Of a DNA stretch of 64,000 nucleotides, positions 49,612 to 57,957 are shown piece by piece (position 1 is the stretch's first letter; every line of letters starts with the position of its first letter). This stretch comes from Oscillospiraceae bacterium. Lineage in GTDB: Bacteria; Bacillota; Clostridia; UBA1381. The notes below the pieces were generated by a model. The model was not told the origin of the DNA. It worked only from the letters and a program-made list of their open reading frames with translations, and made no database searches. The position numbers were made by a program, and so were the translations under genes. The DNA lies in assembly GCA_022509005.1 (NCBI GenBank), contig JAFLUC010000001.1, positions 10,521 to 74,520 of the forward strand, read 5' to 3'.

Positions 49612-49640
49612 ATTATAATCCGTTTTTCTTCAAATGTAAA
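49612..49640 (-). promoter_or_regulatory. sigma-A-type promoter (TTTACA-17-TATAAT) upstream of the small ORF/recombinase
   Basis: The reverse strand reads TTTACA tttgaagaaaaacggat TATAAT. Confidence 0.5.
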
Positions 49641-49678
49641 CGGCGCATGACGAATTTTCATCGTTTATTCTATAAATT

Positions 49679-50218
49679 TTATGCTCGAATCTGCTTGTTT
49701 GATACCTTTTCATCTTCAAATACGTGTTTCTGATAAGATCGCAATTCATTCAATCTCACAGTTCGATCTAATATTTGTACATGGTGTAACATACACGACA
49801 CAATAATTGCTTCATCATAAGCAATTGGAACAAACTCCATTAAAACCTTTGCGTAGTACACCCCATCCAGTAATGTATCTCTTGGGATTGGATTGAAATT
49901 ACTATCGACAATATATGGTGTAACATTAACACTCGCTGTAAAAAACATACTATTAGCGTATAACAAATTATACGGGTGTTCTATGTTACCACATTTTAAT
50001 GGTAGTTCCAATATACTACGCTCCATAGCTGAGAGTGTGCCTCGCTCAACTGCAGCATCAATAGCATTATTTATCGCTGTTATCATCTCCGCATTTTCTT
50101 TAGAAAAAATGACACTTATCTCATACACTGGTACCATTTCATCTTCATGTTCTAGTTCAAATAATCTCTGAAAATCAAGAACAACAACATCTGTTTTTAA
50201 TTTTGTTTCCATTGTCAA
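49679..50218 (-). CDS. hypothetical protein, possibly a DUF2815-like phage/plasmid ssDNA-binding protein
   Basis: 179 aa. The pattern ...YEISVIFSKENAEMITAINNAIDAA...LELPLKCGNIE...YANSMFFTASVNVTPYIVDSNFNPI...DGVYYAKVLMEFVPIAYD...VSCMLHHVQIL parallels the DUF2815 consensus as I remember it. Not verified. Confidence 0.45.
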   Translation of the reverse strand: MTMETKLKTDVVVLDFQRLFELEHEDEMVPVYEISVIFSKENAEMITAINNAIDAAVERGTLSAMERSILELPLKCGNIEHPYNLLYANSMFFTASVNVTPYIVDSNFNPIPRDTLLDGVYYAKVLMEFVPIAYDEAIIVSCMLHHVQILDRTVRLNELRSYQKHVFEDEKVSNKQIRA

Positions 50219-50466
50219 CTCGCTTTCTTCAAATTTTTTATAATATTTAGTGAAATGTTATTTCGAAGCTTCGTCTGTTAATATTGTAATATTATTATAG
50301 CAGCTCTTTCATTTACAGTCAATTGGACGTGTTTAACAAGGTTTAATGTATCAATTTAGTATAAAGGGAGATTTTGAGAGCTGATATGAAAAAATCCAAT
50401 AAAAACGATCAATTAGAATAATTAATATATAGGGATACTGTCTTTGTTTCAAGTACATAATTTTAG

Positions 50467-50493
50467 GGTGCAGAATGATTGATATTCTGCACC
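50467..50493 (-). terminator. 10-bp hairpin just after the rep stop
   Basis: GGTGCAGAAT-gattgat-ATTCTGCACC. The downstream U-tract is weak. Confidence 0.4.
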
Positions 50494-50500
50494 TTATAAA

Positions 50501-51325
50501 TTATCTTTTTGTGTACTGCTCATATGAGTTTCTTCCAATCAAATTATTAATTCCATCATTATGATTCATAATAACATTATCTGTCCGCCTATAAGTCAAT
50601 TCTTTATCACCTATATATTTTTTGATATTACTATATTTTGTACGCAACTTAGTAATATTCATATCAGCAGAGCAACTATAAATTTTCATTCCTGTTGGAT
50701 AGAAAGATATTCTCTGAATTTTATTCTCATACCGAGTGATGTCAAAATAATACGACATCGTATTGACATTATTTATTTTTTGTACATTGACAGCTATTCC
50801 CCTTTTCCACAGTTTACGAACGCTATCATCTGTAATATTAAATGACTGTCCATCAAGACGTTTTATGAGACTGTGTATATGCCATGAACCCCTGGTATCT
50901 GGTTCTTTGATATAAAAGTATCTAAGTTTCCCATATCGCCTTTTAAGTTTATTCAGGAATTTCTGAAAATCTTTACTCAATCTTTCAGGTTCGCTCATAA
51001 ACTCTGAATATGTGAGAGTTACAAATCTTTCAGTATCGTCACCGTAGAAGAAACCTTTTATATATCTGGGAACATCTTTAAATGATTCTTTAAATGACGA
51101 TATATTTTTAGTTGATGTCTTGTTGTATTCCTTGATTTCCCCTGTTCGAGTATCAATAAAATGATCTTTATCAATTTTCTTTGTAGGGATGAAATTTAAA
51201 TTGTTTTTCTGAAAATTTTTACTGTCAATAATCTCGGTATATCGTGGAGTTTGAAAAACTGTCACTTGGTCTGTGGGATTAATTGGTTGAAACTCTGTTT
51301 GATGGTTAATTGTTTTTATTGGCAT
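50501..51325 (-). CDS. HUH-type rolling-circle replication initiator-like protein (Rep)
   Basis: Motif 1-like RFVTLTY, HUH motif SWHIHSLI, and a downstream Tyr-rich block NTMSYYFDITRY. I place the start at MPIKTI (51325), behind AAGGAGGGG. The track start 51382 lacks an SD. Confidence 0.6.
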   Translation of the reverse strand: MPIKTINHQTEFQPINPTDQVTVFQTPRYTEIIDSKNFQKNNLNFIPTKKIDKDHFIDTRTGEIKEYNKTSTKNISSFKESFKDVPRYIKGFFYGDDTERFVTLTYSEFMSEPERLSKDFQKFLNKLKRRYGKLRYFYIKEPDTRGSWHIHSLIKRLDGQSFNITDDSVRKLWKRGIAVNVQKINNVNTMSYYFDITRYENKIQRISFYPTGMKIYSCSADMNITKLRTKYSNIKKYIGDKELTYRRTDNVIMNHNDGINNLIGRNSYEQYTKR

Positions 51326-51763
51326 ATTCTGCCCCTCCTTAAAATGATTTAGTTGGTTATTCGTAAAATGAATGTACCGCACTTAATCCTAATAAGAATG
51401 GACCGAACGTTTTATTTGATTTTTTTTACTTTCGCTATAATTTATCAACATCTATAAATAAATTCAACAATTCGACAATAGATTTTAAACATGATACAAG
51501 AGGTCTGGGATAACTTTAAAGATATTATTCTTTATGGATAATATAGAAAATGGTCTGTTAAATTAAAAAGATTAAAAATGATTTTGACACTTAATTCAAC
51601 TAATCAAAAATGTGTTACTTGTTTCCATAATAATTAAATATGGAGTATTCCTTGTATTACTATTAGCGATTACTACTAATCTTGATAATTGAGGATACAA
51701 CTAACTTATTTTAAAATAATTTCTTATAATAAAATATTCCTAACTTACTTCATCATCTCTAAG

Positions 51764-51801
51764 ATATAAAAAGTACAGAATCAGAAATGAATCTGTACTT
51801 T
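51764..51801 (-). terminator. intrinsic terminator after the 226-aa gene
   Basis: AAAGTACAGA-loop-TCTGTACTTT followed by TTTTAT on the minus strand, 7 nt after the stop. Confidence 0.55.
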
Positions 51802-51807
51802 ATAAGA

Positions 51808-52488
51808 CTATCGATATATTTTTCTTATTTCTGTTTTACCCTCAATAAAGTTATAATGTTCATATTGATAAATCGTTCTATATTTATATCTGATATTTAC
51901 ACTGTGGGGTATAGGAAATAATAATATTTTACCTAAAAACTCATTTACGTTATCGGGTACTGGATTATATGATTTTTTAAAGAAATATTCATTCTTCCAT
52001 TTCTGATATTTTTTATCCGTCAATTCTTGATTTTCTTTTAATTTTAATATATCCTGTTTAAATTCATTTAATGATAAATGCGGATTCCTAAGACATTCTT
52101 TCTCTGCGTCACTTACAGATATACAATCTCTAAACGCAATTGAATATTCTCTCTCTTTATTTCTGATATTCGGATATATCGGAAAATCATATTTATTATT
52201 AATCGCATTTCTTTTTACCCATAAGGATTTTTCTACTTTATAGATACCAACAACTTTAGCTTTATGTATAGCAAAAACATACTCTATTTTCTCATAAGCC
52301 GTTTTTCTCATTTCCCATGCACCACGAGTACAATTATATATTATCTCATGTACATCTTTATATATATCATAATCTTTAACAGATAAATTCTGTTCTTTAC
52401 AAGCTTTTTCAAAAGATTTTCCAATATGAGCAAAGAATACATGTTCATTTTTTAAATCTGTTATATCTTTATATAACTCATTTGACAT
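51808..52488 (-). CDS. hypothetical protein (226 aa, no recognised domain)
   Basis: Clean ORF with SD GGAGG and its own promoter and terminator. I recognise no family. Confidence 0.5.
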   Translation of the reverse strand: MSNELYKDITDLKNEHVFFAHIGKSFEKACKEQNLSVKDYDIYKDVHEIIYNCTRGAWEMRKTAYEKIEYVFAIHKAKVVGIYKVEKSLWVKRNAINNKYDFPIYPNIRNKEREYSIAFRDCISVSDAEKECLRNPHLSLNEFKQDILKLKENQELTDKKYQKWKNEYFFKKSYNPVPDNVNEFLGKILLFPIPHSVNIRYKYRTIYQYEHYNFIEGKTEIRKIYR

Positions 52489-52517
52489 TTTTATTGCCTC
52501 CTAATCTATTATGCAGT

Positions 52518-52546
52518 TATTATAGCATAAAATGTCATAAAAGTCT
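52518..52546 (-). promoter_or_regulatory. sigma-A-type promoter (TAGACT-17-TATAAT, TGn extended) for the 226-aa gene
   Basis: The reverse strand reads TAGACT tttatgacattttatgc TATAAT. Confidence 0.4.
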
Positions 52547-52690
52547 ATTGATAGTATCGTTAATTTTCATATACGAAAATTGTTACTTGTGACTATTGAT
52601 AAAATTTATTACAATCATATTTAACTTATATATAATAAAGTCAGTAATAAAAAATACCGATGATTTTATTACTTTAAATCATCTTGTATT

Positions 52691-52775
52691 ATACATTCTC
52701 TCTGCGTATAGAATTTATATTACCTTGTAAAATAAATCCTTTATACGACATTTTAAAGCGTCCTGTATATGAATT
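52691..52775. repeat. ~85-bp imperfect direct repeat, copy 1
   Basis: ATACATTCTC...ATTACCT..TAAAATAAATCCTTTATAC..CATTTTAAAG.G.TCTGT.TATGAATT recurs at 52874-52959. Confidence 0.7.
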
Positions 52776-52808
52776 AAACGAATCAGATATCCCATTTATC
52801 TTCTACTA

Positions 52809-52848
52809 CAAAAAATATCGGAGCAGTATATACATATACCACTCCGAC
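52809..52848 (-). terminator. probable intrinsic terminator of the SPFH operon
   Basis: The minus strand reads TCGGAG..GTATAT..ATATAC..CTCCGA, a composite stem followed by ATATTTTTTG. It lies between the two repeat copies. Confidence 0.45.
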
Positions 52849-52873
52849 AATTATCCTTAAATCACTTTATATC

Positions 52874-52959
52874 ATACATTCTCATTCCATATATGAATCA
52901 ATATTACCTCATAAAATAAATCCTTTATACATCATTTTAAAGTGTTCTGTGTATGAATT
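52874..52959. repeat. ~85-bp imperfect direct repeat, copy 2 (abuts the stop of the 285-aa gene)
   Basis: See copy 1. Alignment by eye shows most positions identical. Confidence 0.7.
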
Positions 52960-53816
52960 TATACATGGTATTCAATAATTTTATTGTACACATACATATT
53001 TACTGCGTCATACTTACTTGTTAAAATAGGTCTTTCATTTCCACCTAAATATTTTACTATAGCGGCTGCGACAGCGGACGAAGCTGAATTCCCAAACAGT
53101 GAACCAACCGTTATCTTACTACACCCTTTTATGTAATTCATAAATGAATAAAGCTGTGAAATATCTTTATCGGATATGCCATTTGGATTATCAGGGTCTT
53201 CTGTATCAATAAAATCCAGAACAAGTGTCCACTTTGAATTAAGCCTACTGTCATATCCGTCTTTACCTATAAAGATATGCGCTTCGTTACAATACGGATC
53301 ACCATACTTAAGACCCCTGTCAATATCAATATATCCACTACACAAAGTATATACATTTCCATATGGGAATTGTGTGCTGTAAAACTCCATTTTTCCACCT
53401 GTTGAAAAATATGCACGCTCATTAAAACTATGTATCATAGGATTCAGGAATCGCTTCTCCATACCACATTTATCCGCCAAATATACCGCAGGTTCATATA
53501 ATATTTGTAATATCTTATCAATACATCTGAGAATAAATTCACCATCTTCTTGCGTACCATACCAGGGAATAGAAATAACATCGGCATATCTTCTAAATTC
53601 TTCACTCATATTTGTAACATCTAAAATATATTCTTCAGGATTAGACTTATAAATAAATATGTAAAGTGATTTCATTACTTTTATAAAATTATCATTATTT
53701 GCCACTGACCTCATATACTCGTCAACAGTTGTCAGGTTTTTTTCAAGCCATTTGCATATTTCGCTACAATATATAAGTCTGTCGCATAATGGAAGTGCTG
53801 CAAAATCATTATCCAT
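52959..53816 (-). CDS. hypothetical protein (285 aa, no recognised domain)
   Basis: Last gene of the minus-strand operon starting at 57476. I recognise no family. Confidence 0.5.
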   Translation of the reverse strand: MDNDFAALPLCDRLIYCSEICKWLEKNLTTVDEYMRSVANNDNFIKVMKSLYIFIYKSNPEEYILDVTNMSEEFRRYADVISIPWYGTQEDGEFILRCIDKILQILYEPAVYLADKCGMEKRFLNPMIHSFNERAYFSTGGKMEFYSTQFPYGNVYTLCSGYIDIDRGLKYGDPYCNEAHIFIGKDGYDSRLNSKWTLVLDFIDTEDPDNPNGISDKDISQLYSFMNYIKGCSKITVGSLFGNSASSAVAAAIVKYLGGNERPILTSKYDAVNMYVYNKIIEYHV

Positions 53817-53861
53817 AATTCTTTTACCTCATATTTTATTTTTTCAATAATTATTTAGCGA

Positions 53862-54131
53862 TTATTTCCCTAAAAATTTTTTATTTGCTTCTTTTCTCAA
53901 TTTTTTACTCGGTACAAACTTCAATTTCACATTTTCTATAACTTCTGCCGACTTTGTACCTTGATTTTTAATTTCTGACGTTAAATACCCTACATCATCA
54001 CTAATCACAAATTTCTCTTGATTCAATAACGCTTCTTTTATATCCTCTGCGAATACTTCTTTAAACTTGTCATATAAGGCTTCCGTTGTGATTTTCTCTA
54101 CTGAAAATTTTAATAATTCCGCTTTGTTCAT
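53862..54131 (-). CDS. divergent HU/IHF-fold DNA-binding protein
   Basis: 89 aa. MNKAELLKFSVEKI... N-terminus and a C-terminal KLKFVPSKKLRKEANK parallel HU (MNKAELI...VPAFKAGKALKDAV). The beta-arm is short and lacks the RNP motif. Confidence 0.5.
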   Translation of the reverse strand: MNKAELLKFSVEKITTEALYDKFKEVFAEDIKEALLNQEKFVISDDVGYLTSEIKNQGTKSAEVIENVKLKFVPSKKLRKEANKKFLGK

Positions 54132-54239
54132 TTCTCTACACTCCCTGTAATCCTTGTAATTTCTTATCAGATGAATCCTGTTAGATTAAAATGTTAATCG
54201 ATTTCATAAGCTTATTATCTTCGTAAGAATTTGTATTTG

Positions 54240-55775
54240 TCAATTTTCTATATATTTATTTGATACAATTGCACTAACATCGATAGCAACCATAGCACTT
54301 GTAACATCACTTGAGCTATATCCATACTTAGTAGTCAATGTATTCTTAATAGTATTTTCATCCATATTACGTAATTCGAACATTTCAATAGCTTTGATTT
54401 CAATTTCACTTAACGGTTTTTTCTCCAATTGTCTCGTAATTTTATGTATTTCGGCTTTAATTCCACCAATTTCAATCAATACTTTAGCATTAGCGCGCGA
54501 ACTAAAAAGACCTTTTTTTAATTTTGATTTTTCAGCTTTATATTGCTTCGCTAATTCGCTCATTCGTGCTTTTAGCTTTTGTTCAAGCGCAATGGCTTTT
54601 TTCTTTTGTTCTTCTTCATCTTTTTTCTTCTTTTGTATTTGTTCCAATAAGGATTGAACACTTTTACTAATAGGATAATCAGTATTAATTTTCTTTATCT
54701 TTTTAACTACATAAACAAAGTCATCAACAATGTCTTTTAGACGATATTTATCTTTAGTAGTATTATATTCAATAGCTAACGAATCTGCCCTCAATGATAA
54801 TGCTTCTAATTCTTCTTCCTCTGTTGACGAAAGATTAAGATGAATATATGTATAGATATCAACTCTACTCATCGTAAGATTATTATCTGTACTAAACGCT
54901 TCCGCAAGCCACATCAATTCTTGTCTATAATTACTAACAAATTTTTGAATTAACTCATTATGATCTATAGTTTCAAGTAATGAAATAATTTCCCTTTGTA
55001 TCAAATGCAATAATGAGTTGTTAATACTTATAGCAAGGAATCTTGCATGTTTTTTAGCATCCAGCATCTCTACGATGTCTTCGGCAATATGGTAAGAACT
55101 ATCTTGCGCATCCATTTTATTTACAACGAGTCTAGCAAGACTATAAATACTACTATCCTTAACATCTATGCTTTGAGCAAGATTGTAAATACTATTACCT
55201 TGAGAATCTATATTTTTAGCAAGATTATATTTATCTTTTTCATTGTCCATAGCCTCCAACAGAGCCGCAAACATAGCCTCCAATTTTCCTGCATTCTTAT
55301 AAAAAAAAGCTGATTTAACGAAACGCAATGTATTGTCGAAAAGCTTTTCAATCACTAATGATATAAAAGTTAATTTATTATTATCATCACAATTATCTAA
55401 TGCTTTATTCGCATAAAATAAAGTCTGATTAATACCAACTTCACTCTTACCATGCAATATGTCTTGCTTGATTTTGAAAAGCTCAATTTCCATTCTTAAA
55501 GTCCACCCAGCAAAACTATTTGCGTCAAGTGCTAACAGACTATCACAGGTTGCTATTGCTTTTCTATACTCATCAACATCCAGATAATTTAGAGCCAAGT
55601 CATAATAATTTTTGATTTTATTATTTTGTTCACTCTTAATCAATTCCGAAAAATTCGCTATTATTTTTTGTGAATTTTCCGCTGAATATTTTGTTCCGCA
55701 CCGCTGACAAACAAATACCTCTGATTCTTTTACCATATCTGTACTACCGCACATTTCACAAGTTAATCTCTCCAT
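54240..55775 (-). CDS. N-terminal zinc-ribbon protein with helical-repeat and Lys/Glu-rich coiled-coil regions (511 aa)
   Basis: CEMCGS...CQRCGTKY zinc ribbon at residues 6-29, TPR-like helical pairs, and a KKKKDEEEQKKKAIALEQKLKARMSELAKQYKAEKSKLKK coiled coil. Confidence 0.5.
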   Translation of the reverse strand: MERLTCEMCGSTDMVKESEVFVCQRCGTKYSAENSQKIIANFSELIKSEQNNKIKNYYDLALNYLDVDEYRKAIATCDSLLALDANSFAGWTLRMEIELFKIKQDILHGKSEVGINQTLFYANKALDNCDDNNKLTFISLVIEKLFDNTLRFVKSAFFYKNAGKLEAMFAALLEAMDNEKDKYNLAKNIDSQGNSIYNLAQSIDVKDSSIYSLARLVVNKMDAQDSSYHIAEDIVEMLDAKKHARFLAISINNSLLHLIQREIISLLETIDHNELIQKFVSNYRQELMWLAEAFSTDNNLTMSRVDIYTYIHLNLSSTEEEELEALSLRADSLAIEYNTTKDKYRLKDIVDDFVYVVKKIKKINTDYPISKSVQSLLEQIQKKKKDEEEQKKKAIALEQKLKARMSELAKQYKAEKSKLKKGLFSSRANAKVLIEIGGIKAEIHKITRQLEKKPLSEIEIKAIEMFELRNMDENTIKNTLTTKYGYSSSDVTSAMVAIDVSAIVSNKYIEN

Positions 55776-55794
55776 TTTGATTATCCTCCTTTGT

Positions 55795-56232
55795 TTATTT
55801 CCAATATGTTTTCTTTAATTTTTCAAATTCCTTATGTTTTTTCGCTGCTTTTTCATCAACCTTAACCATATGCTCATTTCCTGACGATAAAATTATCAAA
55901 CGTATTGCAAAGAACGCTAAAACCGCAATATGTATAACTATTGGTATAGCAATATACATACTTACCAAACAAGCTATAATACACAAGATTATCGACACAA
56001 TCGTACTTGATACCGCATATCCGACAGCCGTATAAATATATGCGAAGCCTTGAGGTGATTTGTTATTACATTTACCGAACACCCATAAACTGACCGCAAT
56101 ACCGCCTATCGCTATAAGCGAGAAAATATATGCTATTATAAATGTTGCCGTTATTGGTACTATTAAAAATAATAATGTTACCACTACTGCTGCTATTACA
56201 GCAGATAAAACAATTCTCATATTATTATCCAA
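55795..56232 (-). CDS. small integral membrane protein (4 predicted TM helices)
   Basis: Strongly hydrophobic, with a basic C-terminal tail. A TTG at 56232 sits 6 nt after GGAGGG. The alternatives are the ATG at 56220 or the track start 56259, which overlaps the SPFH gene. Confidence 0.5.
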   Translation of the reverse strand: MDNNMRIVLSAVIAAVVVTLLFLIVPITATFIIAYIFSLIAIGGIAVSLWVFGKCNNKSPQGFAYIYTAVGYAVSSTIVSIILCIIACLVSMYIAIPIVIHIAVLAFFAIRLIILSSGNEHMVKVDEKAAKKHKEFEKLKKTYWK

Positions 56233-56234
56233 TT

Positions 56235-57476
56235 TTATCCCTCCAGTTTTGTACCGCATTCAAGACAGAATTTTGCGCCTTGCGGTGCTTCCTTTCCGCA
56301 GTTAGGGCAAACAGCCTGTAATCTGCCGCCGCATTCCATACAGAATTTGCCTTTAGATGTTTTCTTATTGCAATGAGGACATATTATTTCATTTTCATTA
56401 AGCTGTTCTATTTTTGTACCACATTCAAGACAGAATTTTGCATTCTGCGGTAACTTATTACCGCAGTTAGGACAAATATTATCAGATTCATTCTTTGGCT
56501 TTACAGCGTTCCCAAGACTCTCATTAACCAATCCGCCGACTGTACCACCGACACCTGCCATTACTCCAAGACCTATACCCAGATTCGCCACATTACCGGC
56601 ACCCTCATTTTTAGCAAAATTTTGAGCAACATCAAATCCTCTCTCCTGTGCATAGGTGTATCCCTCAATCTGACGTTTCTGAGCCATTCCCTCTGCTTCA
56701 AGAATCATCTTTTGTTTCTCTGTTTCCTGTTCTATAATACTAACGCTCTGCTGTAATCTTGCTTCTGCAATATCCGCATATTGTCTGAAATGAATTTCTT
56801 TAAACCGTCTGTAAGTCGCATCACTTTCAGGTTTAACGATAGTAGTTACAAAGAAATGAACAAGTGATAATCCATATTCTTCAAAATCGTCTACAAGCAT
56901 TTTATGAATACTTTCCGACATTTCAGGGAGCTTTTCATCTATCTGGAATATATTAATACTGTTATTCCGTATATATGATGACAGATACCCTTTAAACCTC
57001 ATCATAAGAAACGCTCTGAATTTTTGAATCAATGCGGATTGTGTTAAATTTGTTTCTGTTCCTACCACCTTTACAAGTAGTTTACATGAATCTATAACAC
57101 GAAGTGACATTTCACCGCTTGCCCCTATTTGAATAGGAAAATTATATGTAGGCTCTATATATTCAATTTTACTGTCTGTACCCCATTTAACAGCCATTTG
57201 TTCAGTTTTATTTATAAAATATACTTCACAATGGAATGGCGTGTTATTATCAAAGGGTTTATTATAGAATTTGCTGATAAGAGGTATATTCTGCGTTTCC
57301 AGAGTATGTCTGCCGGCTTGAAATACATCTAAAATCTGACCATTCATATAAAATACAGCTTCTTGCGATTCATGTACAATAAGCTGTGTTTGAGTATTAA
57401 AATCCTCAATCGGTGATTTCCATACAAAGGTTGTATTGTCACCCTCATATTTAATGACCTGTGCTATATTAGCCAT
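56235..57476 (-). CDS. SPFH/Band-7 (YdjI/COG4260-like) protein with three C-terminal zinc ribbons
   Basis: N-terminus VIKYEGDNTTFVWKSPIEDF...LIVHESQEAVFYMNGQ...AGRHTLETQNIPL is typical of the Band_7_1/YdjI family. The C-terminus has CPNCGNKLPQNAKFCLECG, CPHCNKKTSKGKFCMECG and CPNCGKEAPQGAKFCLECG. Confidence 0.75.
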   Translation of the reverse strand: MANIAQVIKYEGDNTTFVWKSPIEDFNTQTQLIVHESQEAVFYMNGQILDVFQAGRHTLETQNIPLISKFYNKPFDNNTPFHCEVYFINKTEQMAVKWGTDSKIEYIEPTYNFPIQIGASGEMSLRVIDSCKLLVKVVGTETNLTQSALIQKFRAFLMMRFKGYLSSYIRNNSINIFQIDEKLPEMSESIHKMLVDDFEEYGLSLVHFFVTTIVKPESDATYRRFKEIHFRQYADIAEARLQQSVSIIEQETEKQKMILEAEGMAQKRQIEGYTYAQERGFDVAQNFAKNEGAGNVANLGIGLGVMAGVGGTVGGLVNESLGNAVKPKNESDNICPNCGNKLPQNAKFCLECGTKIEQLNENEIICPHCNKKTSKGKFCMECGGRLQAVCPNCGKEAPQGAKFCLECGTKLEG

Positions 57477-57547
57477 AATACATTATCCTTTCTGTGTAGC
57501 CATGATGTATTTATCATGTGTACCAACTCCATTGTTTATATAGATTC

Positions 57548-57576
57548 ATTATAACACACTTCACAATATTTTGCAA
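57548..57576 (-). promoter_or_regulatory. sigma-A-type promoter (TTGCAA-17-TATAAT, TGn extended) for the SPFH operon
   Basis: The reverse strand reads TTGCAA aatattgtgaagtgtgt TATAAT, about 70 nt upstream of the ATG at 57476. Confidence 0.55.
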
Positions 57577-57665
57577 CCATTATTTAACTTAATATTTAAC
57601 TGTATTTTTGCCTATATCTTTAAATAATAAAATCGGTTAAAATTATATTATACGGAGGTGTCTAT

Positions 57666-57839
57666 ATGGAATTCATTATAAAAAAACCAACCAGTTCCAA
57701 TCGCACAGTGAGAATGCCGGATGACCTGATAGAAAAAATAAGCAAGCTCGCTGCTGAACAAGAAATTTCTTTTAATCAATTAGTGATTCAATGCTGTGAA
57801 TTTGCACTTGAACATCTAAACAAGAAAAAAGATAAATAA
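57666..57839 (+). CDS. ribbon-helix-helix (CopG/Arc-like) DNA-binding protein, 57 aa
   Basis: Below the track cutoff. My translation is MEFIIKKPTSSNRTVRMPDDLIEKISKLAAEQEISFNQLVIQCCEFALEHLNKKKDK-stop, which shows a beta-strand/helix/helix RHH pattern. SD GGAGGTG lies upstream. Confidence 0.55.
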   Translation: MEFIIKKPTSSNRTVRMPDDLIEKISKLAAEQEISFNQLVIQCCEFALEHLNKKKDK

Positions 57840-57867
57840 TATAATTAACTGATTCTATTGGTTCTTA

Positions 57868-57931
57868 TATCCAATCCTCTATCCTATAAACTTCTCATTT
57901 TTTATAGTATTTTAGAAATGGGGATTGGATA
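57868..57931. repeat. 10-bp inverted repeat pair downstream of the RHH gene and tyrosine recombinase gene
   Basis: TATCCAATCC (57868-57877) and GGATTGGATA (57922-57931), enclosing a nested CTATAAA/TTTATAG hairpin. Confidence 0.5.
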
Positions 57932-57957
57932 GTTATTTCCTTATATAAAATCTCTTT

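Noticed and set aside
53076-53114. ITVGSLFGNSASS in the 285-aa orphan, which resembles a phosphatase P-loop (HCxxGxxRS)
   Set aside because: The catalytic Cys and Arg positions are Ser and Ala. The resemblance is too weak to support any functional call.
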